NCBI GenBank assembly: GCA_033720855.1
Contig: JAWWBR010000001.1
Location: 2,847 to 66,846, forward strand
DNA from: Alphaproteobacteria bacterium
GTDB lineage: Bacteria > Pseudomonadota > Alphaproteobacteria > SMXQ01
Direction: 5' to 3'
DNA length: 64,000 nt
Made by a program: the position numbers and the translations under genes. Below are positions 1 through 12,698 of the stretch, in pieces. The stretch's first letter is position 1; each line of letters starts with the position of its first letter. The notes beneath the pieces are model-generated. The model was not told where the DNA came from. It ran no database searches and saw only the letters and a list, made by a program, of their open reading frames with translations.

Positions 1-93
1 ACGGCGATTCATCTTCTCCCCCTTGCTGCCCCCCGTTGGGCATGACGCCTGCCGGCGGCCGCCGCTCGAGCGGGCCGGCGCGACGTGACCAAA

Positions 94-843
94 CTATACG
101 GCTTCCCTCAGCCCGGTTCCACGCTCGACATCGACGGCCGACCAGCCCTCGGGCCCGAACGCCTCGAGGGGCCGGAACCGCGCCTTGTAGTCCATTTTGG
201 CGCAGCCCTCGATCCAGTAGCCGAGATAAAGGTAGGGCAAACCGCGTCGCGCCGTCTCATCGATCAGCCACAGGATCATATAAGTGCCAAGCGCCAGTTT
301 CGGCCGGGCCGGGTCGTAGAAGCTGTAGACCGCCGACAGGCCGTCGGCCACGACGTCGGCCAGCATCAAGGCGGACAACGTGCCACCCGCCACCCGGAAC
401 TCGGTGGCGAAGGTCTCGATCGGACTGTCTTCGATCATGGCCCGGTATTCCAGGAAGGACATGAGGTCCATGCCGCCGCCGGGATGGCGGTCGGCCTGGT
501 AGCGCTGGAACACGCCGAATTGCTCGGTCGTCGCCGCGGCGATCCCGCTTTCGGCCGTCACCTGGCGGTTGACCCGCCGCACCCGTTCCAGCGAGCGGGA
601 GGACTCGAAATCGTCGATCACCACGCGGACCGGCCGACAGGCGTCGCATCCGGAGCATGCCGGGCGGTACATGAAATTGTGGCTGCGGCGGAATCCCGCC
701 CGGATACCGCGCGCATAGAGGCGCCTCGCCCCGGCGCCTGCGAGTTCGGTCGCAACGACGCTTTCCTCTCGGCCCGGAAGGTAGGGGCACGGGCGGGGTG
801 GAGAGACGTGGAGGGCGTGGGGCCGCGTCGACATGGCCCGCAT
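94..843 (-). CDS. bpt: Arginyl-tRNA--protein transferase family (bacterial Bpt, N-degron pathway aminoacyl-transferase)
   Basis: Last 249 codons of track ORF 94..1833(-), ATG at 843 (alt 834). Motifs FRRSHNFMYRPAC, GLSAVYSFYDP and YLYLGYWI are typical of ATE/Bpt. The upstream part of the long ORF overlaps motB out of frame and is Arg/Pro-rich. Confidence 0.85.
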   Translation of the reverse strand: MRAMSTRPHALHVSPPRPCPYLPGREESVVATELAGAGARRLYARGIRAGFRRSHNFMYRPACSGCDACRPVRVVIDDFESSRSLERVRRVNRQVTAESGIAAATTEQFGVFQRYQADRHPGGGMDLMSFLEYRAMIEDSPIETFATEFRVAGGTLSALMLADVVADGLSAVYSFYDPARPKLALGTYMILWLIDETARRGLPYLYLGYWIEGCAKMDYKARFRPLEAFGPEGWSAVDVERGTGLREAV

Positions 844-893
844 TATGACGTGAACAGCCGGTGCTTCGCAATCACCGGGCCGGAGCGGCGTCC

Positions 894-1964
894 TCAGCGG
901 AGCTCGGGGTCCTTCTTGGGGATGACCTTTTGCAGCTTGGCGCCCTTGACCACGGGAGGCGGCGGCGCCGCGGCCTTCGTGACCGGCTTGCGCGGCGCCA
1001 CCTTCGGCGGCAGGTGGTTCTGCCGCAGCAGGGTGATCGAGATTCGCCGGTTGCGCGGGTTGCGCGGGTCGCTGGCGATCAGCGGCTCGGTGGCGGCCTT
1101 GCCGGTGACCCGCGCGAAGCGGTTCTGCGGCACACCGAAGCGGGCCAGCTCCCGTCGCGAGGCATGGGCGCGGTCGGTGGACAATTCCCAGTTGGAATAG
1201 CTGGCGCCCCGGGCATAGGGGATGGCGTCGGTGTGGCCGGCGATCATGACCTTGTTGGGAAGTTTTGCCACCACATGGGCCACCACCTCGAGCAGCTGGC
1301 GGGTGTGCTGGTAGGGGACCGAGGAGCCGCGGGCGAACATCGACGTCTTGGCGCGGTCGATGATCTGGATACGCAATCCCTCTTCGGTCGATTCCAAAAT
1401 CAGGTGGTCGGCGAGCTTGCGCAGGCCGGGGACCGATTCGAGGGTCTTCTTGATGGCCTCCTGGGCACGCTCGAACATTTCGTCCTCGCGCTTGCGCATC
1501 AAGGCCTTGAGTTCTTCCTCGCTGGCCTTGTCGGCGCCGCCGCCCGGGGGCTCGTTGGTTTGCCCCTTGTCCTCGGGATTTTCGGCGCGGAAATCGCTGG
1601 GCCCGGCGTTGATCCGGTCCTGGCTCTCTTCGTCGAGGCTGTCGCTGTCCTTGTTGGGCATCGGCGTGGGCAGGCCCAGGGGCGCGCCCTTGCCTTTCTG
1701 CGGCCCGTCCAAGGTCACGGTGCGGCCCCCGAGAACGCCACCGGCCCCCGATGTGGTGCGGGCGACGGATGCGTTGGAGAAGTAGTTGGAGATGCCCGAG
1801 CGTTGCTCCTGGGTGGTCGAATTGAGAAGCCACAGCAACAGGAAAAAGGCCATCATCGCCGTCACGAAGTCGGCGTAGGCGACCTTCCAGGCGCCGCCGT
1901 GATGGCCGTCGGCGTGGCCGGCTTTCTTTTTCTTGATGATGATCGGAGTTGCGTTGGTTGCCAT
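894..1964 (-). CDS. motB: Flagellar motor stator protein MotB
   Basis: 356 aa. Single N-terminal TM with the conserved channel Asp (WKVAYADFVTAMMAFFLLLW). C-terminal OmpA-like peptidoglycan-binding domain (IAGHTD..SNWELS..RA). Lies 37 nt downstream of motA. Confidence 0.9.
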   Translation of the reverse strand: MATNATPIIIKKKKAGHADGHHGGAWKVAYADFVTAMMAFFLLLWLLNSTTQEQRSGISNYFSNASVARTTSGAGGVLGGRTVTLDGPQKGKGAPLGLPTPMPNKDSDSLDEESQDRINAGPSDFRAENPEDKGQTNEPPGGGADKASEEELKALMRKREDEMFERAQEAIKKTLESVPGLRKLADHLILESTEEGLRIQIIDRAKTSMFARGSSVPYQHTRQLLEVVAHVVAKLPNKVMIAGHTDAIPYARGASYSNWELSTDRAHASRRELARFGVPQNRFARVTGKAATEPLIASDPRNPRNRRISITLLRQNHLPPKVAPRKPVTKAAAPPPPVVKGAKLQKVIPKKDPELR

Positions 1965-2001
1965 GTCGTCTACCTACCTGGTGGATCGTTGAGCCCGCCG
2001 G

Positions 2002-2865
2002 TTAGGCCAGGCTCGGGGCGTTCTCGGTGGCTTCCTCCACCTCGATGAAGCTGGGCCGCACATCCTCCAGCAATGCCTTGCGCGCGAACTCGACAGAGAC
2101 CGCAGGGGCGTTGCCTTGCATATGGGCAAGCAGCCCGACCTTGATGCATTGGAGGTACTTGATCTCGGCGTCGTAGGTCTGCTTCAAGGATGAGGCCATG
2201 GGGCCGAAGAAGCCGTAAGCGAGCAGCACGCCAAGGAAGGTTCCGACCAGGGCGCCGCCGATCAGCTTGCCGAGCACCTCCGGCGGCTCGGTGATCGATC
2301 CCATGGTCTTGATCACGCCGAGCACGGCGGCGACGATGCCCAGGGCCGGCGTCGCATCGGCCATCGACTGGATCGCGTTGGCGATCTGCATCTCTTCGCT
2401 GTGTCGGGTTTCGATCTCCTCGTCCATCAGGGTTTCCATCTCGAACGGGTTTTCCGAACCGAGGATCATCATGCGCAGATAATCGCAAAGGAACTCCAGG
2501 GCGTGGTGATCGCCATGGATGATGGGAAACTTCTTGAACAGGTCGCTGTTGTGGGGGTCTTCGACATGGGGTTCCAGGGCCAGCATGCCCTTGGACTTGG
2601 CCAATTTGAAAATGGCGAACTGCAGGGACAGAAGCTCGAGATACGCGTTCTTGTCGTATTTCGAACCCTTGAGCAGCTTGCCCAGCGCGCCGACGGTGCG
2701 CACCAACACGGACTTGGGGTTGCCGACGACGAAGGCGCCGATGGCGGCGCCGGCGATGATCACGAACTCGAAGGGCTGCCACAGGACATAAAGCTTTCCG
2801 CCCATGGCGACGTAACCGCCGAGGACGCAGGCAATGACCGTGACGATACCTACAATGAAAAACAT
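2002..2865 (-). CDS. motA: Flagellar motor stator protein MotA
   Basis: 287 aa. MotA/TolQ/ExbB-type four-TM protein with N-terminus MFFIVGIVTVIACVLGGYVAMGGKL. Followed directly by motB. Confidence 0.9.
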   Translation of the reverse strand: MFFIVGIVTVIACVLGGYVAMGGKLYVLWQPFEFVIIAGAAIGAFVVGNPKSVLVRTVGALGKLLKGSKYDKNAYLELLSLQFAIFKLAKSKGMLALEPHVEDPHNSDLFKKFPIIHGDHHALEFLCDYLRMMILGSENPFEMETLMDEEIETRHSEEMQIANAIQSMADATPALGIVAAVLGVIKTMGSITEPPEVLGKLIGGALVGTFLGVLLAYGFFGPMASSLKQTYDAEIKYLQCIKVGLLAHMQGNAPAVSVEFARKALLEDVRPSFIEVEEATENAPSLA

Positions 2866-2957
2866 ATGGGACCGGCCCGTTTCTTGACACGTGGGTGTGA
2901 CCGGCAGGTTGCCCGTATTTGGTTAAAAAGCCGTTTACCGGCAGGCGTTTGGCCGCT

Positions 2958-5381
2958 TCAGGGGCGCGGCTTTGCCGGCCTCAGGGTGAGGCGCCTCAAT
3001 GGTCCCGAAGGCCGTGCCGGCATGGCCACGTATTGGCCGTTGCGCCAGGGTTGGATCAGGTCGCGGTAATGGGGCGAGAGGGGGTTACCCGATTGACCGG
3101 TGGGCTGCATGAACCGCGAGCGGTCGAGATCGGCGAAATCGTAAATCGCGCGGTAGGTGGCGCCATGGACATGGGCGAACGGCCGGCCGCGGGAGCCGCG
3201 CCGCGTGGTGCCCCGGTTGAGGGTATAGGTATCGCCGTCGGTCGCGACCTCGATATTGGCCCAGCGGCCGATCACCGGCAGGATGGACAGGGCCCGGTTG
3301 CGGAAGCGCGCGATGTGTACCTTGTCCCACCGCCATTGTGCCGGGTCGGTACCGAACCGGCGCCGCAGATGGGCGAGCGTCCGATCGAGCGCGGCGTCCA
3401 ACACCGCACCACAGGTCTCCCGAGGCGGCGTGGTGACGTCGTCGCACCAAGCGGTCTCGGTTTCGAGGGCGCGGCGAATGAAGGCCGGATCGGCGCGCCT
3501 GTAGGCGGCGGCGAGGGGGCCGAGATCGTCGCCCACCAGCCCGCTCACGATCTCCCGCATCCAGACATGAAAGATCAGCGGCTCGGCGCGGGGCCCAAGG
3601 ACCTGCCCGTCCCATTTCCGCAGGCGCTCGAGGGTGGCGGCGGTCGCGGCCTTCGCCGGCGTCGCGGCGACGAGGATGGGGACCATCTCCCGGGCGGCGA
3701 GGGAAAGGTTGTCCATCTGCATGGCGGCGCTATTGGCGATGGCGTGGCGCCCGCCGGTGCCGAGCAGCTGCTCGATCCGTCTCGCCCGGTAGTGGCGATC
3801 CCAGTCCCGGGTGATGAGGTAGGGATAGCCGGTGCCGACGGCCCGGTTATTGGCGTTGACGATAGTGCCCGCCGCGGGATCGAGGGCCGAGGGCAGCCGG
3901 TCGAACGGGATGAACCCGATCCAGTCGCCGGCGCCCCGATCGCCGCGAACGGGGACGAAGCCGTCGCTGGATTTCCTGATCGGGATGCGGCCGGCGATCT
4001 GAAAGCCGATATGGCCTTGCGCATCGCCGTAGATGAAGTTCTGAACCGGGCTGTGAAAATGGCGAAGGGCGGCGCGGAATTCCGTCCAGTTGCGGGCGCG
4101 ATTGAGGAGGTAGAGCGCCTCCGCGGTGCGATCGGCAGGGGACAGGGCGGCCGATTTCAGCGCGATGACGCGGCCCGGTGGTGCGCTCACCGCGACACGC
4201 CCGGTGAGATCGGAGACGACCGGGCCGTTGCGGGTGGCGCGAACGGTGATCTGCACCGGCGTCTCCCCCCGGATCCTCACCGTTTCCGTACGTGTCGCGA
4301 AGCGGCGTGGACCATCGGCGGTCAGGTAGCGTCCGTCGTCGCCCGGGGCTAGCGTCTCGATGACGAGGTCCTGGGTGTCGGCGCCGGTGGTGGTGAGGGT
4401 CCAGCCGATATGGCCGTTGTGCCCAAGCACATGGAAGGGCACGCCGGGCAGGGTGGCGCCCGCGATGGCGAGCCCCGGCCCGCTGACGCGGGCGAGATAC
4501 CAGAGGTTGGGGGCCTCGAAGCCGAGATGGGGATCGCCGGCGACGATCGGTTTGCCGCTCTGCGTGCGGCTTCCCGAGACCGCCCAGGAATTGGATGCGG
4601 TGGTGGTGACGGGGGCCGGCAGGATGTCGTCGAGTGCGGCAAAGATGCGGTCGAGGGCAGCGTCGCGCGGAGCTGACGGCGTCGGCGGCGGAATTTCCGC
4701 CTTGCGCCCCGGCGTTGGTACGGTGACCGGCCCCTCGGCGGGGTAGGGTGGCCAAAGGGCGGCGACCTGCTCCGGGGTCAGACGGCCGAGCAGGCGCGCG
4801 CGCAGCGCTTCGCGGCGCCAGTTGGCGGACAGGCGCAGTCCCAGGAGCCGGCCCCAAATGAGCGAGTCCGTCGGATCCCATGGCGCCGGGCTGATCCCGG
4901 CGACGTAGAACTCGGGCGGCAGGGCTCCGGAATGGGCCTTTATCCAGGCGTTGACCCCCCGCGCGTAAGCCTCCAGCGCCGCCTTGACCGGCGCCGGCAG
5001 GATCGCGTAGCCGTCCCGCGCCAGCCGGCCCACGCCCAGGGTGCGCAGCGCCCGATCGTGGGGCAACAGCCGCCGGCCGGCCATTTCGGCGAGACGGCCC
5101 GTGCCCAGCCGGCGCATCATTTCCATCTGCCACATGCGGTCCTGGGCGTGCACGAAGCCGAGGGCGAAATAGGCATCGTCCATGCTCTGGGCGCGGATAT
5201 GGGGAATGCCATGTCGATCGCGCAGGATGTCGACCTCGGACCGCGGCCCCTCCAGCGTGAGGCGTCCCTCGGTCAGCGGCAGCGAGGTTCGCAGCCACAG
5301 GTATCCGGCCCCGGCGCAAACCAGGCCGAGGGCCGGCAAGATGCCAAAGAGGGCCACTAATGCGAGTTTGATAAACCGCAT
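2958..5381 (-). CDS. Penicillin acylase family protein (S45 Ntn-hydrolase; possible acyl-homoserine-lactone acylase)
   Basis: 807 aa with an N-terminal hydrophobic signal/anchor. Autoprocessing site context ..TTTA/SNSWAVSG and a GDPHL motif are typical of penicillin amidases. Confidence 0.85.
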   Translation of the reverse strand: MRFIKLALVALFGILPALGLVCAGAGYLWLRTSLPLTEGRLTLEGPRSEVDILRDRHGIPHIRAQSMDDAYFALGFVHAQDRMWQMEMMRRLGTGRLAEMAGRRLLPHDRALRTLGVGRLARDGYAILPAPVKAALEAYARGVNAWIKAHSGALPPEFYVAGISPAPWDPTDSLIWGRLLGLRLSANWRREALRARLLGRLTPEQVAALWPPYPAEGPVTVPTPGRKAEIPPPTPSAPRDAALDRIFAALDDILPAPVTTTASNSWAVSGSRTQSGKPIVAGDPHLGFEAPNLWYLARVSGPGLAIAGATLPGVPFHVLGHNGHIGWTLTTTGADTQDLVIETLAPGDDGRYLTADGPRRFATRTETVRIRGETPVQITVRATRNGPVVSDLTGRVAVSAPPGRVIALKSAALSPADRTAEALYLLNRARNWTEFRAALRHFHSPVQNFIYGDAQGHIGFQIAGRIPIRKSSDGFVPVRGDRGAGDWIGFIPFDRLPSALDPAAGTIVNANNRAVGTGYPYLITRDWDRHYRARRIEQLLGTGGRHAIANSAAMQMDNLSLAAREMVPILVAATPAKAATAATLERLRKWDGQVLGPRAEPLIFHVWMREIVSGLVGDDLGPLAAAYRRADPAFIRRALETETAWCDDVTTPPRETCGAVLDAALDRTLAHLRRRFGTDPAQWRWDKVHIARFRNRALSILPVIGRWANIEVATDGDTYTLNRGTTRRGSRGRPFAHVHGATYRAIYDFADLDRSRFMQPTGQSGNPLSPHYRDLIQPWRNGQYVAMPARPSGPLRRLTLRPAKPRP

Positions 5382-5419
5382 TTTTTCAATAAGTTCCGTC
5401 TATATATTAAGAATATAAA

Positions 5420-6565
<1,146 letters not shown>

Positions 6566-6657
6566 TTAAATATTTTAATCCAATACTTGGCGAAACCGGT
6601 ACGACTGTCTGCGCGGGGGATGCGGGCCGTCCTAGTCAATAGTGAAGCGAGGGTGCT

Positions 6658-7137
6658 GTGGATCACATTTATCAAGAGGTCATTTTCCTCGTCGAAAGGC
6701 TTCATCGCCACTTCCTGGAAGTGGTCAAGACCGAATTGGAACGCCTGGACACCTCGGATATCAACAATATCCAGGCCCTGATTCTGTTCAACATCGGCGA
6801 AGAGGAACTCACCGTCGGTGAACTGACCAATCGCGGCTATTACCTCGGTTCGAACGTGTCCTACAACGTCAAGAAGATGGTCGAGAACGGTTACCTGATT
6901 CACGAGCGGTCCACCCATGATCGCCGTTCGATCCGTGTTCGGTTGTCGGAAAAGGGCCTGACGCTGTTCTACGCCCTGCGCGACATGTTCGAGCGGCACA
7001 TCGCCGATATCGCCGAGGGGCCGATCACCGAGGAGGAGCTTACCGAGGCTTCGGTTGCGCTGCGCCATATGGAGCAGTTCTGGACGCGGATCCTGACCTT
7101 TGGGACCCGGACCCCGGCCAAGGCTTCGGCCGCCTAA
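6658..7137 (+). CDS. MarR family transcriptional regulator
   Basis: 159 aa, GTG start. Winged-helix MarR pattern (LTVGELTNRGYYLGSNVSYNVKKMVENGYLIHERSTHDRRSIRVRLSEKG). Divergent from hemB. Confidence 0.85.
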   Translation: MDHIYQEVIFLVERLHRHFLEVVKTELERLDTSDINNIQALILFNIGEEELTVGELTNRGYYLGSNVSYNVKKMVENGYLIHERSTHDRRSIRVRLSEKGLTLFYALRDMFERHIADIAEGPITEEELTEASVALRHMEQFWTRILTFGTRTPAKASAA

Positions 7138-7176
7138 CATCCATTGGAAATCGAGGCGCCCCGCCGGCGCCCCATA

Positions 7177-7203
7177 GCGGCCCCTCGCGGGCCGCATTTT
7201 TTT
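7177..7203 (+). terminator. Rho-independent terminator after the MarR gene
   Basis: GCGGCCC-ctcgc-GGGCCGC followed by A and a run of 7 T, 40 nt after the TAA at 7135..7137. Confidence 0.8.
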
Positions 7204-7239
7204 CTCCAAGCCTGGTCGTCGATGCGGCATCGCGACGGC

Positions 7240-8118
7240 CTAGCCGATCGTCGCCCGGGGGGAATCGTCCTCGGCGACGAGCTCTCGCCGCACCGCCTCC
7301 AAGGCGGCCAAGACGTCCTCAGCCTGTTGGGTGATTTCGGCAATTCGGGTCCTAACCCGCTGGCCGTTGTCCTCGCGGGCGGCAAATTCGATCTCCTCGG
7401 CCAGGTCTTGCAGACCCGCAGCGCCGAAACTGCCGGACGTGCCCTTGAGGCTGTGGGCGCGCTCCGCCACGCCCCGGTGATCCCCCTGAGCGGCCATGTT
7501 CGTCATCTGTCGGACCGTCGTCTGCAATTCCGCACAATAGATTTGGATCAGGGTCGCCGCGCGCTTGGCGCCGACCTCGAGGACCAGATCGTCGATGGTG
7601 GGCCGGTAAAGCAAGCCGCGGCCAGGGGTGCGCTCCCGGGCCGGCCTCACCGGGCATGCGGTGGGCACGGTGTCGCGGCCGGCGGGGCCGCGGCCCCATC
7701 GCCGCAGCGCTTCGGCCAGTTGGGCGACGTCGATGGGCTTGGCGAGATAGTCGTCCATGCCGCGGGCGCGGCATCTCCCGTCTTCCCCGGCCAAGGTGGT
7801 GGCGGTCAGCGCGATGATGGGGATTAGGCTCTTCGGCGGCGCCAGGCCGCGAATGCGCGCGGTCGCTTCGAACCCGTCCATCTCCGGCATCTGCACGTCC
7901 ATCAGCACCAGGTCATAGGACAGCGACCGCACCGCGTCGACCGCCTCCTTGCCGTTGTCCGCGACATCGACACGATGGCCCATTCTGGTCAGAAGAGCGA
8001 CGGCCAGCATCTGGTTGACCGGGTTGTCTTCGGCGACCAGGAGCCTGAGGGGAGGGTCGGCAATCGGTCTTGGCGAGTCGGGCTTGGTCGGGTACTGCAT
8101 CTCGAGATCGTCCAACAC
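7240..8118 (-). CDS. Receiver (REC) domain fused to a histidine phosphotransfer (Hpt) domain
   Basis: 292 aa. REC: LLVAEDNPVNQ, phospho-Asp context LVLMDVQMPEMDG, IIALTA, YLAKP. C-terminal Hpt: AHSLKGTSGSFGA. GTG at 8118, alternative ATG at 8100. Confidence 0.85.
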   Translation of the reverse strand: MLDDLEMQYPTKPDSPRPIADPPLRLLVAEDNPVNQMLAVALLTRMGHRVDVADNGKEAVDAVRSLSYDLVLMDVQMPEMDGFEATARIRGLAPPKSLIPIIALTATTLAGEDGRCRARGMDDYLAKPIDVAQLAEALRRWGRGPAGRDTVPTACPVRPARERTPGRGLLYRPTIDDLVLEVGAKRAATLIQIYCAELQTTVRQMTNMAAQGDHRGVAERAHSLKGTSGSFGAAGLQDLAEEIEFAAREDNGQRVRTRIAEITQQAEDVLAALEAVRRELVAEDDSPRATIG

Positions 8119-8270
8119 AAATGCGCAATAAAATCATAGATGGAAATACCTAGTACGAATTTCCGGTTAGGATTGGGTTAACGAAAGGTCCCGGGCGTGT
8201 TGTCGCCCAGCGTCACTTTCCATTAGACTTCCGGGCAATCTTCAACCGGGCTGCGGCGCCGACGGGACCT

Positions 8271-8489
8271 ATGGAAAAATCCACCGAGATTGACGGCGTC
8301 ATCGTCGAATTCCACCGGGTGGGCAATGCCGTCAAGGTCTCGGCCGTCTGCACCCGGACCTATGTGGAAGTCTCCATCATGGCGCCGGCGACCTGTTCGG
8401 AGCACGAAATGACCCAGACGGTTCTGCGCAAGCTGGCCTACGTCCAGGAAAAAGGGGATCGAGGGCGTCCCGCGGGGCGCAACAGGTGA
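8271..8489 (+). CDS. Small conserved-looking hypothetical protein upstream of livH
   Basis: 72 aa with strong G/C third-position bias like neighbouring genes. Ends 43 nt before livH. No motif I can name; from memory it resembles a small alphaproteobacterial DUF family (unverified). Confidence 0.6.
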   Translation: MEKSTEIDGVIVEFHRVGNAVKVSAVCTRTYVEVSIMAPATCSEHEMTQTVLRKLAYVQEKGDRGRPAGRNR

Positions 8490-8532
8490 ACCGCAGGGGG
8501 CATTGGATGGGCAACGGCGCCGGCCGCGTTTG

Positions 8533-9447
8533 ATGGAATACTTTCTCCAACAATTGATCAACGGGCTTACCCTCGGCGCCGTCTACGGGCTGATCGCCAT
8601 CGGCTACACCATGGTCTACGGCATCATCGGGATGATCAATTTCGCCCATGGCGAGATTTACATGATCGGCTCGTTCATCGCCCTCATCTGCTTCAGCATC
8701 CTGGGCCTGGCCGGCGTCGCTTCGGTGCCGCTCGCCATCCTCGTCGTGCTGTTGATCGCGATCCTGTTCACCGCCGCCTATGGTTGGGCCGTCGAGCGTC
8801 TCGCCTATCGTCCCCTGAGGGGATCGTTCCGGCTGGCGCCGCTGATCTCCGCGATCGGCATGTCGATCTTCCTGCAGAACTACGTGCAGCTGCTCCAGGG
8901 GGCGCGGGTGAAAGCGATGGAGCCGCTGGTCACCGGCGGGTTCGTGGTGATGGAGGATGCCGGCTTCCAGGTCACCCTCAGCTATATGCAGATCATCATC
9001 ATGGCCCTGACCGTCGTGCTGATGGCCGGTTTCTCGCTGCTGATTTCGCGGACCTCCCTGGGGCGCGCCCAGAGGGCCTGCGAGCAGGACCAGAAGATGG
9101 CGGCGCTGTCGGGCATAGACGTCGACCGGACGGTGTCGCTGACCTTCATCCTGGGGGCGGGCTTGGCCGCCGTCGCCGGCGTCATGACCACCCTGCAGTA
9201 TGGGGTGATCGACTTCTTCATCGGCTTCCTGGTCGGGCTCAAGGCCTTCACGGCGGCGGTGCTGGGCGGCATCGGCTCGCTGCCCGGCGCCATGCTGGGC
9301 GGGGTCTTGATCGGTTTGGTGGAGGCCTTCTGGGCGGCCTATTTTTCCGCCGAGTACAAGGACGTGGCGGCCTTTTCGATCCTTGTCCTGGTGCTCATCT
9401 TCCGGCCCACGGGGCTGCTCGGCCGGCCCGAGGTCGAGAAAGTGTGA
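8533..9447 (+). CDS. livH: Branched-chain amino acid ABC transporter permease LivH
   Basis: ATG 8533 inside track ORF 8503..9447. MEYFLQQLINGLTLGAVYGLIAIGYTMVYG is the canonical LivH N-terminus. Confidence 0.9.
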   Translation: MEYFLQQLINGLTLGAVYGLIAIGYTMVYGIIGMINFAHGEIYMIGSFIALICFSILGLAGVASVPLAILVVLLIAILFTAAYGWAVERLAYRPLRGSFRLAPLISAIGMSIFLQNYVQLLQGARVKAMEPLVTGGFVVMEDAGFQVTLSYMQIIIMALTVVLMAGFSLLISRTSLGRAQRACEQDQKMAALSGIDVDRTVSLTFILGAGLAAVAGVMTTLQYGVIDFFIGFLVGLKAFTAAVLGGIGSLPGAMLGGVLIGLVEAFWAAYFSAEYKDVAAFSILVLVLIFRPTGLLGRPEVEKV

Positions 9448-9449
9448 CG

Positions 9450-10765
<1,316 letters not shown>

Positions 10766-10769
<4 letters not shown>

Positions 10770-11634
10770 GCGCGCCCGCGACCAACGGCGCTGCGTCCGC
10801 CGCCATGCTCGAGGTCGAGCACCTGTCGATGCATTTCGAGGGCGTCAGCGCCGTCGACGACCTTTCCTTCAGCGCCCGGAGAGGCGAGATCACCGGCATC
10901 ATCGGTCCCAACGGGGCCGGCAAGACGACCGTGTTCAACTGCATCACCGGGTTCTACCGGCCGAGCGTCGGCCGCATCACCCTGGCCCATGAGGGGGGCC
11001 GCTTCCTGTTGGAGCGCATGGAGGGGTTCCGCATCGCCCGCGACGCCGGCGTCGCGCGGACCTTTCAGAACGTCCGCCTGTTCCCCCGCATGACGGTGTT
11101 GGAGAACCTTCTGGTCGCCCAACACGTCAAGCTGATGCGCGCGTCGCTGTTTTCCGTCGCCGGACTGCTCGGCCTGCCCAGTTTCCGCGCCGCCGAGGCC
11201 GACGCCATCGAGATGGCGCGCGGCTGGCTCGATCGCTTGGGCCTGCTCGACGTTGCCGATCGCGAGGCCGGCACCCTTGCCCATGGCCTGCAACGCAAGA
11301 TCGAGATCGCCCGGGCCATGTGCTCGGGACCCAAGCTTCTCTGCCTCGACGAGCCGGCGGCGGGGCTCAACCCGCGCGAGACCGACGAACTCAACCGTCT
11401 CCTGTTGGGGATCCGGGAGGAGTTCCGCATCGCGATATTGCTGATCGAGCACGACATGTCCGTGGTCATGGGCATATCCGACCGCGTCCTCGTTTTGGAC
11501 CATGGCTCGAAAATCAGTGACGGCACCCCCGAAGAGGTGCGGCGCGATCCGGCCGTGGTTCGCGCCTATCTCGGCGAAGAGGAGGGGCTGCCGGAGATCG
11601 TTGCCCGGGATATCGGCATCGAGGGGGAGGAGCG

Positions 11635-11638
<4 letters not shown>
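10766..11638 (+). CDS. livG: Branched-chain amino acid ABC transporter ATP-binding protein LivG
   Basis: ATG 10766 overlaps the livM stop (ATGA). Walker A GPNGAGKTT and Walker B LLCLDEPAAGL. In frame with track ORF 9383..11638. Confidence 0.9.
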
Positions 11639-12365
<727 letters not shown>

Positions 12366-12369
<4 letters not shown>

Positions 12370-12698
12370 CGATCCTCGAGGACTGGCCGGTGTTCCTGGG
12401 TCTCACGGTGTGCCTGTTCGGTGGGGCGGCGTGGCTGATGGGCGCGGCGATCGCGGCGACCTGGCGGACGCATTGGCAGGTGATCGGCTACGGGCTGTTG
12501 CTCGCGCTGTTCGACCGCTTCCTCCACTGGGGCCTGTTCCATGGCGCCCTGCTGTCGCCTGAGGGCTTTGCCAGGGATTTCGCCGTCATTGTGGCGATCG
12601 GGCTGCTGTCCTGGCGCATCGGCCGGGTGTCGCGGATGGTCAACCAATACCCGTGGCTGTATGAGAGGGCCGGGCCGCTCGGTTGGCGCCAACGCTAG
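12366..12698 (+). CDS. Small integral membrane protein of unknown function, translationally coupled to livF
   Basis: 110 aa. ATG 12366 overlaps the livF stop (ATGA). About three hydrophobic segments and G/C-biased third positions. Sits between livF and the binding-protein gene. Confidence 0.65.

Noticed and set aside
1-12. Apparent start of another minus-strand gene at the window edge (GGGGGAGAAG-ATGAATCGCCGT on the reverse strand).
   Set aside because: Only four codons fall inside the window, so no product can be supported.
1051-1068. Tandem 9-bp duplication GTTGCGCGG-GTTGCGCGG.
   Set aside because: It lies inside motB and encodes the in-frame NPRNPRN. It is a trivial coding repeat, not an array.
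2898-2928. Sigma28 (FliA)-like promoter upstream of motA. The minus strand reads TAAC-N16-GCCGGTCA.
   Set aside because: The -10-like element matches GCCGATAA in 6 of 8 positions. However, the -35 element is poor and the spacing is one nt long, so the match is too weak to call without TSS data.
6566-6578. Dyad TTAAA-tat-TTTAA in the hemB/MarR divergent region as a MarR operator.
   Set aside because: It is short and made only of A/T. Such dyads arise easily in AT-rich promoter DNA, so it is noted only as a candidate.
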